Assembly (NCBI GenBank): GCA_963833985.1
Contig: CAWIAD010000002.1
Span: forward strand, 4,704,001 to 4,768,000
DNA: 64,000 nt
Origin: an uncultured Planctomycetaceae bacterium
GTDB taxonomy: Bacteria > Planctomycetota > Planctomycetia > Isosphaerales > Isosphaeraceae
Direction of reading: 5' to 3'
Under the pieces are notes generated by a model. That model was given only the letters and a program-made list of their open reading frames with translations. It was not told where the DNA came from and did not search any database. Shown here piece by piece: positions 40,557 to 51,709 of the stretch. Each line of letters starts with the position of its first letter. The first letter of the stretch is position 1. The position numbers were made by a program, and so were the translations under genes.

Positions 40557-42211
40557 ATGGCGTCGACGAGTCGCCGATCACCTCCGAGAATCTCATGGAT
40601 GCACAACCGCCAACCGAACCGCGGGCAGGGCGACTTCAGCGCCTGGTTGCGCCCTGATCGTGCAGCGCTACGACCCTGACACGCTGCGCCTCGGTTCCTT
40701 CCTGGGGCCTGAGCTTCTTGCTGCATGCGCTTTTGCTCCTGTTGCTGGCCCTGCTCATTCGGGTGGGGAATTCCGGCTCCGCGACGCGGGTGATCGAGAG
40801 CCGGCTGCCGGGCGATCTCGGCGACCTGACCTCGCTGGTCGATGCACCCCAGTCCGGGGATCCCTTCACCAAGGAGCAGAGCCTCGATCCCCCTTCGCTT
40901 GGGCTCGAGACCAACGATCCGGCGATCAAGTTCTCGGCCCAGCCCGAGATCGCCGGCCTGGCGCGATTCGGTCCCGACCTGGCCGGTCCGTCGGGATCCG
41001 ATTCGGGCGGGACAAATCTGCTGGCCAACCTGTCGATCTCCGGCAGCGGCAAGTCCGGCCCGCGATTCCCCGGCCTGGCGGACCAGATCGTGGCACCGTT
41101 CTCGGGCCGGACGGGGCTGGACCGCGCGCGGCTGGTGCGCCGCGAGGGCGGCACCGTGCACTCCGAGAAGGCCGTCGAGGACGGGCTGGCCTGGATTGTG
41201 CGGCACCAGCGGGCCAATGGCTCCTGGTCGCTCAACTTCCAGGACCAGTGCCAGGCCGGCGCCTGCCCTCCCCATCACGTGCTCGATTCCGACACCGCGG
41301 CCACGGGGCTGGCGCTCTTGCCGCTTCTGGGCGCCGGATACATCCACACGGTGAAATGCCGGCATCAGGATGCAGTGCGCCGCGGTCTCGAGGCGCTGGT
41401 TCAGCATCAGCAGCCCAACGGCGACCTGTTCACGGGAGGTCCGGGCATCGCCTACATGTACAGCCATGCCATCGGCACCATGGCCCTGTGCGAGGCGTAC
41501 GGCCTGTCTCATGACTCGAACCTCAAGCAGCCGGCCCAGCGCGCGCTCGACTTCATTATCGAGGCCCAGAATCCGTCGACGGGCGGCTGGCGGTACTCGC
41601 CGGGGCAAGCGGGCGACACGTCGGTTTTCGGCTGGCAGATCTTCGCGCTGCGGAGCGGCCACCTGGCAGGACTGAAGGTCCCCCGCACCACGGTGCGCGG
41701 CTGCGCCGATTATCTCAACCTGGCTGCCGCCGACCCGAAGAAGATCACCTACTCGTATATGCCGGGACGCGACGTCTCGCCGGTGATGACCGCCGAGGCG
41801 CTGGTGAGCCGGCAGTTGCTGGGCTGGCCGCGCAACCACCCGTCGCTGGTCAAGGGTGCCGGCCGCGTGGCCGCCCACCTCGAAAGCAGTCGCGACCGCA
41901 ACATCTATTACTGGTACTACGCCACCCAGCTCCTGCACAACCTCAAGAACAAGGACTGGGAACGGTGGAACCCGCAGGTCCGCGAGGCGCTGATCAAGAC
42001 CCAGGTCAAGGATGATAGCTGCGCCAGCGGAAGCTGGGACCCCTTTCAGCCCATCCAGGACCGCTGGGGCGGGACCGCCGGACGGCTCTTTGAGACCTCG
42101 CTCTCGGTGCTCACCCTCGAGGTCTACTACCGCTACCTGCCTCTCTACCGCACCGCCGATTCCGAGGCCATGGAAGCCGCGGCCGCGGAGCCAGAGAACA
42201 AGAAGAAATAA
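40557..42211 (+). CDS. Membrane-anchored prenyltransferase/squalene-cyclase-repeat protein (5' end uncertain, probably frameshifted)
   Basis: QW-like repeats (WIVRHQRANGSW, HQQPNGDL, AQNPSTGGWRY), YYWYYATQ and LEVYYRYLP. The TM lies near 40718. Confidence 0.82.
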
Positions 42212-42254
42212 TCATGGTGGCGACATCTCCCGTGAGGGCCTCCAGACCTGCCTG

Positions 42255-42785
42255 TCAGGTTCCCGGCTCTTTCTCGATCAGGAGCTGCATGTAGATCACA
42301 TCCAGCCAGCGGCCGAACTTGTAGCCCACCTCCTTCAGCCGGGCAGCCTGCTTGAACCCGACTGATTCCTGCAAGGCAAGGCTCGCGGACTGCTCGGCGC
42401 ACGTGCCGCCGAGAATCGCGTGCAGACCGGCTTTTCTGGCCCGGTCAATCAGATCGAGCAGGAGTGCCCGCCCGAGCCCTTTGCGGTGCATGTCGTGGCG
42501 CACGTAGATCGACGCCTCCGCCGTGAACGCGTAGCCGCGCCGCGAGTTCCAGGGCGACAGCGCAGCCCAGCCAACGACCTCGCCGGCGGTCTCCGCGACG
42601 ATGACCGGGTGGCTCGCGGACCGGCCCTGAAACCACGCGCGCCGTTGAGCCTCCGTCTCCGGCTCGAGCTGGAAGGTGCAAGTGGACCGCTCCACGTAGT
42701 GATTGTAGATCTCCCGGATCGCGCCGAGGTCGGCCTCGGTCGCCGGCCGAAGCGTGTGTTTCACTGTAGGTTCTCCCTTCTCCAT
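42255..42785 (-). CDS. GNAT N-acetyltransferase (phosphinothricin/methionine-sulfoximine type)
   Basis: IREIYNHYV…TF, SIYV…GLGRALL, ASLAL…GF, VGYKFGRWLD. Confidence 0.9.
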   Translation of the reverse strand: MEKGEPTVKHTLRPATEADLGAIREIYNHYVERSTCTFQLEPETEAQRRAWFQGRSASHPVIVAETAGEVVGWAALSPWNSRRGYAFTAEASIYVRHDMHRKGLGRALLLDLIDRARKAGLHAILGGTCAEQSASLALQESVGFKQAARLKEVGYKFGRWLDVIYMQLLIEKEPGT

Positions 42786-43031
42786 CGCGCGGTTCTCTCC
42801 ACTGGCCCGTTGTCATCGGGCGGATTGTGGCGACCTGCCCTCGCATTTGCCAGACCCAGGCGCACTTCCCGCCCGACCTGAAGGCGGGGCACGCGTTCCC
42901 AAGCTCCGCATCGACGCCTGAAAGCGGAGCGTGGCAACCAGTGAACCAACTTTGCGGCCGCCTCTCCTTTCGCGCGCTCTGGGCATGTATGCTGGGGTTC
43001 CAGTTATTCAGGTCCGGACCAGGAGCCGACG

Positions 43032-44915
43032 ATGCGCTTCGCCCTCTCTGTTGCCTCGTGTCTGATCGCACTGAGCGTTGTTGCCGCGGGAGAGCCGCAT
43101 CGTCATGTGGACTGGCCGGCCGTGGGTGCCGATCCCGGCTGCATGCGGTACTCGCCCCTCGATCAGATTCACCGCGACAACGTCATGCGGCTCAAGCCGG
43201 CCTGGACGTACCACACGGGCGAGCTCGCGGGTCGCGAGGGGAAGACGATCGAATGCACGCCGATCGTGATCGACGGCGTGATGTACATCACGACAGGTTA
43301 CCTGCGCGTGGTCGCGCTCGATGCGGCCACGGGGCGCGTGCTCTGGCAGTTCGACCCGCTCAAGGACCATCCCTTCGAGCACAAGCCAAATTCCGGTGGC
43401 GTGAACCGCGGCTGTGCTTACTGGTCCGACGGCCGGCCCGACGGCCAGCGGCGGATCCTCCACGGCACGTCGGATGGCCGCCTCTTCTCGCTCGACGCTC
43501 GGACCGGCAAGCTTGACCCGAAATTCGGCAGCGGGGGCATTCGCAACCTCCGCGACGAGCTGGACCCCCAGGTCGCCACGCTGGGCTACGGGCCAACCTC
43601 CGCCCCCTCCATCTGGAAAGACTCGGTTCTCGTGGGCGTCTCCTGCGGCGAAGGTCCCGGCGCGGCCGCACCCGGAGACATCCGCGCCTTCGATGTCCGC
43701 ACGGGCAAGCAGCTCTGGCGGTTCCATACCGTCCCCCGCGCGGGAGAGTCTGGCAATGAGACCTGGCAGGGAGATTCCTGGAAGGGCCGCGGCGGAGCGA
43801 ACGCCTGGGGCGGACTGAGCGTTGATGTGAATCGCGGCCTCGTCTTTGCCGGCCTGGGCTCGGCCGCTTTCGACTTTTTCGGAGGCGATCGGAAGGGAGA
43901 CAACCTGTTCGCCAACTGTGTGGTCGCGCTGGACGCAGCGACCGGCCAGCGCGTCTGGCATTTTCAGACGCTCCATCACGACCTCTGGGACCACGACCTG
44001 CCGGTCTATCCCAACCTGGTGACGGTCGTCCATGACGGCAAATCGATCGACGCCGTGGCCCAGGTGACGAAGACGGGATACGTGTTCCTGTTCGATCGGC
44101 AGACGGGCAAGCCGCTCTTCGACGTCGAGGAACGCGTGGTACCGGGATCGGACGTGCCCGGCGAACAGGCCGCGCGCACGCAGCCCGTCCCGGTCAAGCC
44201 CCCTCCTTTCAGCGCGCAGTTTCTCGACGAGACGAACATCACCAGCATCGGCAAGGCGAACCGCGAGGCGGTTCTGAAGCAGCTTTCGGCCATCCGGTCG
44301 GGTCGAGCCTTCACGCCGCCAAGTACGCGGGGAAGCGTGGTCATCCCCGGCTTCCACGGAGGTGCGAACTGGTCGGGCGCCTCGTTCGACCCGTCCACGG
44401 GGCTGCTCTACGTGAACGCGAACAATGTGCCCAATATCCTGACTCTGGTCGCGACGAAGCCGGCCGACCGTGCAAGATATGGACCCTATATCATCAAGGG
44501 CTACGTGCAATTCCTTGATCATGAAGGCTACCCGGCAATCCGGCCGCCCTGGGGCGTCTTGACGGCGATCAATCTGAACGCCGGCACAATCGCCTGGCAA
44601 GTTCCGCTGGGCGAACATGCGGAGCTGACGGCCCGCGGCATTCCGCGCACGGGCACGGAGACGTTCGGGGGCTCGATCGTGACCGCGGGGGGTCTGGTGT
44701 TCATTGCCGGCACCAAGGACGAGCGCATCCACGCCTTCGACAAGACGAACGGAAAGCTGCTCTGGGAGCACCCGCTGCCCGCCGGCGGCTATGCCACGCC
44801 GGCGACTTACGAGGTCGGAGGCAAGCAGTACGTCGTGATTGCCGCGGGCGGCGCCGGCAAGCTGCGCACCCCGCCCGGCGACGCATTCGTCGCCTTCGCT
44901 CTGCCCGCTCAGTGA
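43032..44915 (+). CDS. PQQ-dependent (quinoprotein glucose-type) dehydrogenase
   Basis: Signal peptide, RYSPLDQI, TPIVIDG, GVNRG, HHDLWDHD, GGANW, PPWG. Confidence 0.9.
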   Translation: MRFALSVASCLIALSVVAAGEPHRHVDWPAVGADPGCMRYSPLDQIHRDNVMRLKPAWTYHTGELAGREGKTIECTPIVIDGVMYITTGYLRVVALDAATGRVLWQFDPLKDHPFEHKPNSGGVNRGCAYWSDGRPDGQRRILHGTSDGRLFSLDARTGKLDPKFGSGGIRNLRDELDPQVATLGYGPTSAPSIWKDSVLVGVSCGEGPGAAAPGDIRAFDVRTGKQLWRFHTVPRAGESGNETWQGDSWKGRGGANAWGGLSVDVNRGLVFAGLGSAAFDFFGGDRKGDNLFANCVVALDAATGQRVWHFQTLHHDLWDHDLPVYPNLVTVVHDGKSIDAVAQVTKTGYVFLFDRQTGKPLFDVEERVVPGSDVPGEQAARTQPVPVKPPPFSAQFLDETNITSIGKANREAVLKQLSAIRSGRAFTPPSTRGSVVIPGFHGGANWSGASFDPSTGLLYVNANNVPNILTLVATKPADRARYGPYIIKGYVQFLDHEGYPAIRPPWGVLTAINLNAGTIAWQVPLGEHAELTARGIPRTGTETFGGSIVTAGGLVFIAGTKDERIHAFDKTNGKLLWEHPLPAGGYATPATYEVGGKQYVVIAAGGAGKLRTPPGDAFVAFALPAQ

Positions 44916-44951
44916 CTCTGACCGCACTCTGCCGACCGGGAGGAAGCCGTC

Positions 44952-45889
44952 ATGAAGCGCATCGCAGTGACTGTTTTGCTGCTTCTCCATGCACAGGCGG
45001 TGGCGGCAACCTCCGCGCTCGCCGCCGATCCGCCCGTCGTCACTCTCTGGCCCGGGAAGACGCCCGCCGACGCCGGCATCCGGGAAGCGGAAACCAGCAA
45101 GGTCCTTCAGTCGCCGCTGGTTGGCCCGACGCGGTTGATCACCAACGTCAGCAGCCCGTCGATCTCGGTGCACCTTCCCTCCGGGGAGACCAACACGGGC
45201 ACTGCCATGGTGATCTGTCCGGGAGGAGGTTACTGGAACCTGTACTGGGAGCTGGAGGGCGAGGAGGTCGCGGCCTGGCTGAACAGGCACGGCATGGCCG
45301 GCATCATCCTCAAGTACCGCTGCCCCAGGCGCCGGGTGAGGTGACCAGTGAGCCGCCGCCGGGCCCACTGCTCGACGCCCAGCGCGCCATCAGCCTGGTG
45401 CGGAGCCGGGCAAAGGAGTGGCGGATCAACCCGACTCGGATCGGCATCATTGGCTTCTCGGCCGGCGGGCACCTGGCGCTGGCGGCCGCGACCAGCTTCC
45501 CCAGGCGCCGCTACGACCCGATCGACGCCGTCGACGCGGTCAGTTGCCGCCCGGATTTCGCGGTGCTTTGCTATCCCGGCTACCTGAAAGTGAAGGACAA
45601 GGACGAGCTTCGCGCCGACCTGCGCATCCCGGCCGACACGCCGCCAATCTTCATGGCGCATACCTCCGACGACAATGAAAGCTACGGCGGCTCATCCTCC
45701 GAGAACAGCGCGATCGCCTACCTGGCCCTGAAGCGCGCGGGCGTGTCCGCCGAGCTGCACGTTTACGCCAGCGGCGATCATGACTTCGGAGTCCGCCAGA
45801 ACGAAAAGCTGCCGTCGAGCTGGCCGCAGCTCTGCATCAACTGGCTGCGGAGCCGAAACCTGCTGGTGAAGCCGAGTACCGACCGGTGA
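44952..45889 (+). CDS. Secreted alpha/beta hydrolase (esterase/xylanase-like); apparent frameshift near 45335
   Basis: Signal peptide and ICPGGGY in one frame. GFSAGGHLA, RPDF and HDFG lie in the next frame. Confidence 0.85.
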
Positions 45890-46296
45890 GTCGCGCCGCG
45901 GCACTCCGCGAGGTTCCGCGGAGATGCACGCCGCGAGCCGGCATGACCGCTGCGGATCAGGAGGCGGCAGCCGGCCCCTGCCCTGCGTAAAGAATCCACG
46001 CCAGCGCTGCCAGGTGGTACAGGCCGATTCCCAGGAAGAGGAGTGGCAAGCCCAGCCGCAAACTGCGGCTCTTCCAGGTGGGTCAAGTGCCGCAAAGCCG
46101 CTGAGCCACCGGCTTGCCGGCGCCGCCGACAATGCCTTGCCTCAGCCCCCAGAGTTTCAGGCACCCGAGCACGGTGAATGTTGCCCCGACGAGCGCGGAA
46201 GGTAACCAATCGGCAAGCGGAATCATGGTGCGGTCTCCACATCCAGAGTTGCTGCACAGAATGCGCCGGCTCGGGTCGGGCCGAGTTCAGCAGTCG

Positions 46297-49200
46297 TCAT
46301 GCACTTCCCGTGGCCTCCAGCCGTTCCGTTCGTCTGGCCGGGGCTGCGTCGCCATCCAGGGCCGTGATGGACGCAGAGCCCGGCCGCTCCTCCGCCAGCA
46401 TCGCCTGGAGTGCCGCGGGATCCACGGGCTTGACGAGATGGCGGTCGATGCCCGCCTCTTTCGAGCGCAGGCGGTCGGCATCCTGACCCCAGCCCGTGAG
46501 GGCGACGATCAGGACCGGTTCGCTCCAGTCGCGCTGGCGGATCAGCGCGGCCACCTCGTAGCCGCTCATGACGGGCAAGCCGATGTCCAGCAGGATCACG
46601 TCCGGGCGAAACGCGTCGGCGCAGGCAACGGCTTCGGCGCCGTCGAAGGCCGTGCGCGTCTCGTGGCCCAAAAGATCGAGGAGCTGCGCGAGCGTCTCGG
46701 CGGAATCTCGGTTATCGTCCACCACCAGCACGCGCCTGGACGCCGTGGGAATCGAGGCGACGGGCTCGGGCTCGGGGGACAAGGTGAGAGGATCCAGGGC
46801 TTCCACGACCGGCAGACGGATCAGGAACTCGCTTCCCGAACCATGGCCTGCGCTGCGTGCCTCCACCGAACCGCCATGCATCTCCACGAGCTTGCGCACC
46901 AGCGTCAGCCCGATGCCCAGGCCGCCCTGGGACTTCCCGAGCGACCCATCGACCTGGGTGAACATATCGAAGATCTGCGGCAGCATCTCTGGCGGGATGC
47001 CAATTCCGTTGTCCCGCACACTCACCGCAACCGCCGTCGCCTGGCACTCGACCGTCAGTGCGATGACGCCACCTGGCTCGGTGTACTTGGCGGCATTGTT
47101 GAGCAGGTTCGAGAGCACCTGCGCCAGCCGGGTCGGGTCCGCGTCCACCACAACGGGCGCCTCCGGCAGGGTGACTGTCAACCGGTGGCCGAGGGACTCG
47201 ACGAGCGGCCGGCTGGTTTCCACGGCGGCATGGATGACCGAGGCGATCTTAACCTTCTCCCTGCGCAGCTCCAGCTTGCCGCGGGTGATGCGCGACACGT
47301 CCATCAGGTCGTCGATGAGCCGTACCATGTGCGCGACCTGGCGCTCCATCAGCTTGCGGGCATCGTCGATCGCCTGCGGCTCGCCGGCAGCCAGCCGCAT
47401 GATTTGCAGGCCGTTGCGTAATGGGGCCAGCGGGTTGCGCAGCTCGTGGGCCAGGGTTGCCAGAAACTCATCCTTGCGGCGGTCGGCATCGCGCAACGCG
47501 GCCTCCAGACGCTTCACGTCCTCGATATCGGTGCAGGTACCGAACCAGTAGATGATCCTTCCGTGCTCGTCGCGCATGGGCACGCCGCGGGTCTTGAACC
47601 AGTGATATTCGCCGTCGTGGCGGCGGATCCGGTATTCGAGGTCGTAATCGGCGCGGTCCTCGCAGGCCGCCTTCCAGCAGGCGAGGGTGCGCTCGCGGTC
47701 GTCCGGGTGGAGGACCGTTTCCAGCCAGCGCAGGCCGAGCAGCTCGTGCTCCGGAATGCCGGTGTACCGGCCCCACTGAGTGCTCAACCAATCACACTGG
47801 CCGTCGGGCAGATCGGTCCAGAGCAAGTTGGGTAACGCCTCGGCCATAGTTCGCCACCTCTGCTCGCTCTGTGCGAGCGCCTCGACCGCTTGCTTGCGAT
47901 CCGTCACGTCGGTGGCCCCGGCGTAGATCAGGCCCTCGGCAGGATACGGCCGCGCCTTCCAGCTCAGCCAGCGGTACGACCCGTCCCGATGCCGGTAGCG
48001 ATTCACGAACGAGAGGACTTCCCTCCCCTGCATGACCTCGCGATCGAGCCTGAGCGTGGCCTCGCGATCGTCCGGGTGCAGGAAGTTCAGCCAGGGGCGC
48101 GAGGTGAGCTCCTCGGGGGTCCAGCCGAGCGTGCTCTCGCAGGTTGGGCTGGCCTTCTTGAAGTAGCCGTCGAATCCGACGACCACGAGCAAGTCCGCCC
48201 CGACGGCGAAGAATCGTTCGCGTTCCGTCTCGGCACGCTTGCGGTCGGTGATGTCCGTTCCCGTGGGAGCCAGGAAGAGCACGTTGCCGGATTCATCCTT
48301 GATCGGCAAGATGATCAGGTCGACCGTCCGTTCGCTGCCATCGGCCACGTAATAGGGCATCTCCGCACGGAACGTCTCGCCGGAGGCAGCCCGGCGCACG
48401 CCTCCCGGATGCGCCCGGCCACCCACCCCGATCGGTTCCACCACGGGCATTCCCAGAATCGCTTGCCCACCACCTGGTCTTGCGTGTAACCACAGGCCTC
48501 CAGAGAAAGCCGGTTTGGTTGCAGGACGGTTCCGTCCAGCGTCATGATGCCGGCGAAGATGGCGCCTTGCTCGAAAAACGCGCGGAACCGGGCGTTGGCG
48601 GTGGCTGCTTCGGCCAGCAGCGCCCGCTCGCGTTCCTCGGCCCGCACGCGCTCGGTGACGTCGCGGAAATAGATCGACAGGCCTTCACTCGACGGGTAGT
48701 TGTTCACCTCGTACCAGCGGTCGTGGTCCGGGTAGTAGGCCGTGGCTGAAGTCGCAACTCCATCCGCCAGCGACCGGCGGTAAGCGCGCTCGATCTCGCT
48801 GCCGAGGAGGCCGGGGTACTCCTGCCACAAGACCTTCCCGAGCAGGTCGGCTGGCGCGCGTTCGAGGAGTTGCCCGGCGCGCTGGTTCACGTAGGTGAAG
48901 CACCACGAGTGGTCAACGGCGAGGAACGCGTCGGAGATACTCTCAAGGATCGCGCGGCTCCGCTCCTCGCCGCGCCTCCGCTCCCATTCCGCCTGACGCC
49001 GCAGCCGCGCCAGGTCGAGCTGCGAGGTCACGCGGGCAAGCAGCTCGCGCGCGTGGAAAGGCTTGGTAATGTAGTCGTCCGCGCCGGACTCCAGGCCTCC
49101 AACCCGGGCATCTTCGTCGGCGCGGGCCGACAGCAGCAGCACCGGCACTTCCCGCGTCAGCGGGTCGCTGCGCAGGGCTCGCACCAGCCCGTACCCATCC

Positions 49201-51308
49201 AGCAGGGGCATCATCACGTCGCTCAGCACCAGCTCGGGTGCACGCGTTCTGGCCAGCTCCAGAGCCGCCTGGCCGTCGCGCGCCAGCTCCACGCGAAAAC
49301 GCGTGGAGAGCAGTCGAGAGATGTATCTCCGCATGTCGGCGTTGTCGTCAGCCACGAGGATCAGCGGTCGATCGTCGCCTTCACCCGCGGCCGGCATGCC
49401 GTCGGGCTCCGGCGGAATCACGTCTGCCGAGGTCTCCCCGGATGCATTGACGTTGCCAATGGTCTCGGTTTCCGGCAGCCACCGCAGCGCATCCTCGGCA
49501 TGGGGTACCGCCGCGGCTCCCAGCCTGGGCGGTGCATGCCCCTGTCCCACCCGGTCGGCGGGCAGGTGCGCGCGGCCCGTCGGCACGGCAACCGTGAACG
49601 TGCTGCCCTGCCCCGGAACACTCTCCGCACTCACGGATCCGCCGTGCAGGCGGACGAGCTCCTGCACCAGGGCCAGTCCGATGCCGCTCCCCTCGTGCGT
49701 GCGGCCAAGAGCACCCTCGACCCGGTGAAAGCGGTCGAACAGGCGGGACATCTCCTCGGCGGGGATGCCGGTTCCGGTGTCATGCACTCGCAATTCCACC
49801 GATGGACCGGCCAGACGCAACGACACCTCGATCTGCCCTTCGAAGGTGAATTTGAACGCGTTGGAGATGAGATTCAGGACGACATTCTCCCACATCCATC
49901 GGTCCACGAAGACCATTTCCGGCAGCGGCGGGCAATGGACCACAAGTTCCAGGCCCGCGTGCTCGCAGGCCGATCGGAATACGCTGGCAATGTCCGAGGT
50001 GAAGGCGGCCAGGTCCGTCGGCTCGTAGAGCGCCTGCACCCGGCCCGCCTCGATGCGCGAAAAGTCCAGCAGAGTGTTCACCAGCCGCAAGAGACGCTGA
50101 GCGTTGCGGCCGACGATCTCCAGCGATTGCCGGCTGGCCGCAACACGCGCATCGGCGGGCGCGGAAAGGAGGTCTTCGATCGGACCGAGCATGAGAGTCA
50201 ACGGCGTGCGGAACTCGTGGCTGACGTTGGAAAAGAAGGCGGTCTTGGCCCGGTCCAGCTCGGCCAGCTTTTCGGCCCGGCGGCGCTCCTGCTCGTAGGC
50301 CCGCGCACTGCCGACTGCCGCGGCGATGTGCCCTGCCAGAAGGTCCAGAAATCCCCTGTAATCATCGTTGAACGGCAGCCGAGGGCTGACGCCGGCCACC
50401 ACGAACCCCGCCGCTAATGCCTGTCCCGGGCTGGCCATGGGAAGCACGCAGGCACGATGCGGCAGCCCAGGGCAGGCGCTTCCCGAGAGTCGGCCGATCC
50501 TGGCCGCCAGGTCGGACACCTCCTCCGCCTGACCGGTCTCCACAACCTGGCGGAACGGCCACGGGGCTTGCGGATCATCCAGTGACACCTGGCCCGGGCA
50601 TGCCGGGCTGCTCACGCTCAATCCCGTCCAGCCAGCCAGCCGGGCCTGCCGGCTGTCCGCGTCGAGCAAGTAAAGCCCCAGAAATGGCAGGTCATCACCG
50701 TGCTGGCCCAGGATCTGGGCCGCGGTCTGGCAGGCTTCCTCGACCGATCGCGCCGATCCGGTGGTTCCGGCCGCCAGTTCCCTCAGCGCGCGCAGCCGGC
50801 GCTGGTTCAGCACCCGATGGGTCTCTTCGGTGCAGACGCCGAGAAGCCCGCCCACCGCGCCGTGCTCGTCCGGGATCGGGCTATAAGAAAAGGTGAAGTA
50901 GGTCTCCTCGATGAAACCGTTGCGATCGGTGATGAGCATCCGCTCCTCGTTCCACGACGACTTCCCGGCGTTCATCACGTCTTCCGTCTGCGGGCCGACC
51001 ACGTCCCAGACATCGGACCAGATCTCGGAGGCGGGCATGCCCAGGGCGGCGGGGTGCCGCTGGCCGAGGATCGGGATATACGCGTCGTTGTAGAGGTTCG
51101 TCAGGTTGCTGCCCCACCACACGAACATCGGGTACCGATTGCAGAGCATGAGTTGCACGGCCGTTCTCAGGCTCGGCGGCCATCCCGTGATCGGACCGAT
51201 CGGCGTGCGGCTCCAGTCGAAAGCTGGGATCCGCTCTCCCATCTCTCCGCCTCTGGCGTGATGCGAGATCCCGTGAAGGTTTGTGTCGCCACCGCGCTCC
51301 GGTTGCAT
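46297..51308 (-). CDS. Large hybrid sensor kinase (PAS-like/GAF-HK-REC-PAS x4-HK-REC); apparent frameshift near 48390
   Basis: Two H-boxes (SNVSHEFRTPLT, ATLAHELRNPL), two HATPase domains and two REC domains (DVMMP, DIGLP). The two ORFs overlap within one PAS domain. Confidence 0.88.
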
Positions 51309-51709
51309 GCGTTGGTCGGCCCTCGCAAAGGGGATCAGAGAACGTCAGAACCGCGCGGGGCGGCAAGCCCGAGCAATGACGAACTTGCGATTCGAGGACG
51401 GCAGCGGTTTGGAAACCGCGGCAGGCTCCTCGTTCCTCGCATTGCTCCAGTTCCGAACAAGCATTGATTGTAATCAAACTCGGGCACGGATGAGCCCGGG
51501 TTGTTGCCGGGTGCGCGCTCGATTTGACTCGGAACGCCAACTTGGATGGTCCCTCAGCGGTCTGGAACGAGGCCGCGTGCACAGCCTGGCGGCGAGGCTC
51601 TCCAGGCTTCAGGCTCTTGCCTGGCCATTTTGCGAAAAATTTGAAAAGAAACGCGGGCGGGCGGCACTATACACTGGCGAGAACCTACTGACGCCGGGAG
51701 CCGAAGAAC

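Noticed and set aside
42800..43030. Possible degenerate repeat remnants in intergenic regions (also ~46100-46130 and ~54860-54895)
   Set aside because: Short palindromic fragments (GCGTTCCCAAGC, GCCACCGGCTTGCCGG, CCGATTGGAAAA) occur once each in the window, so multicopy status cannot be shown here.
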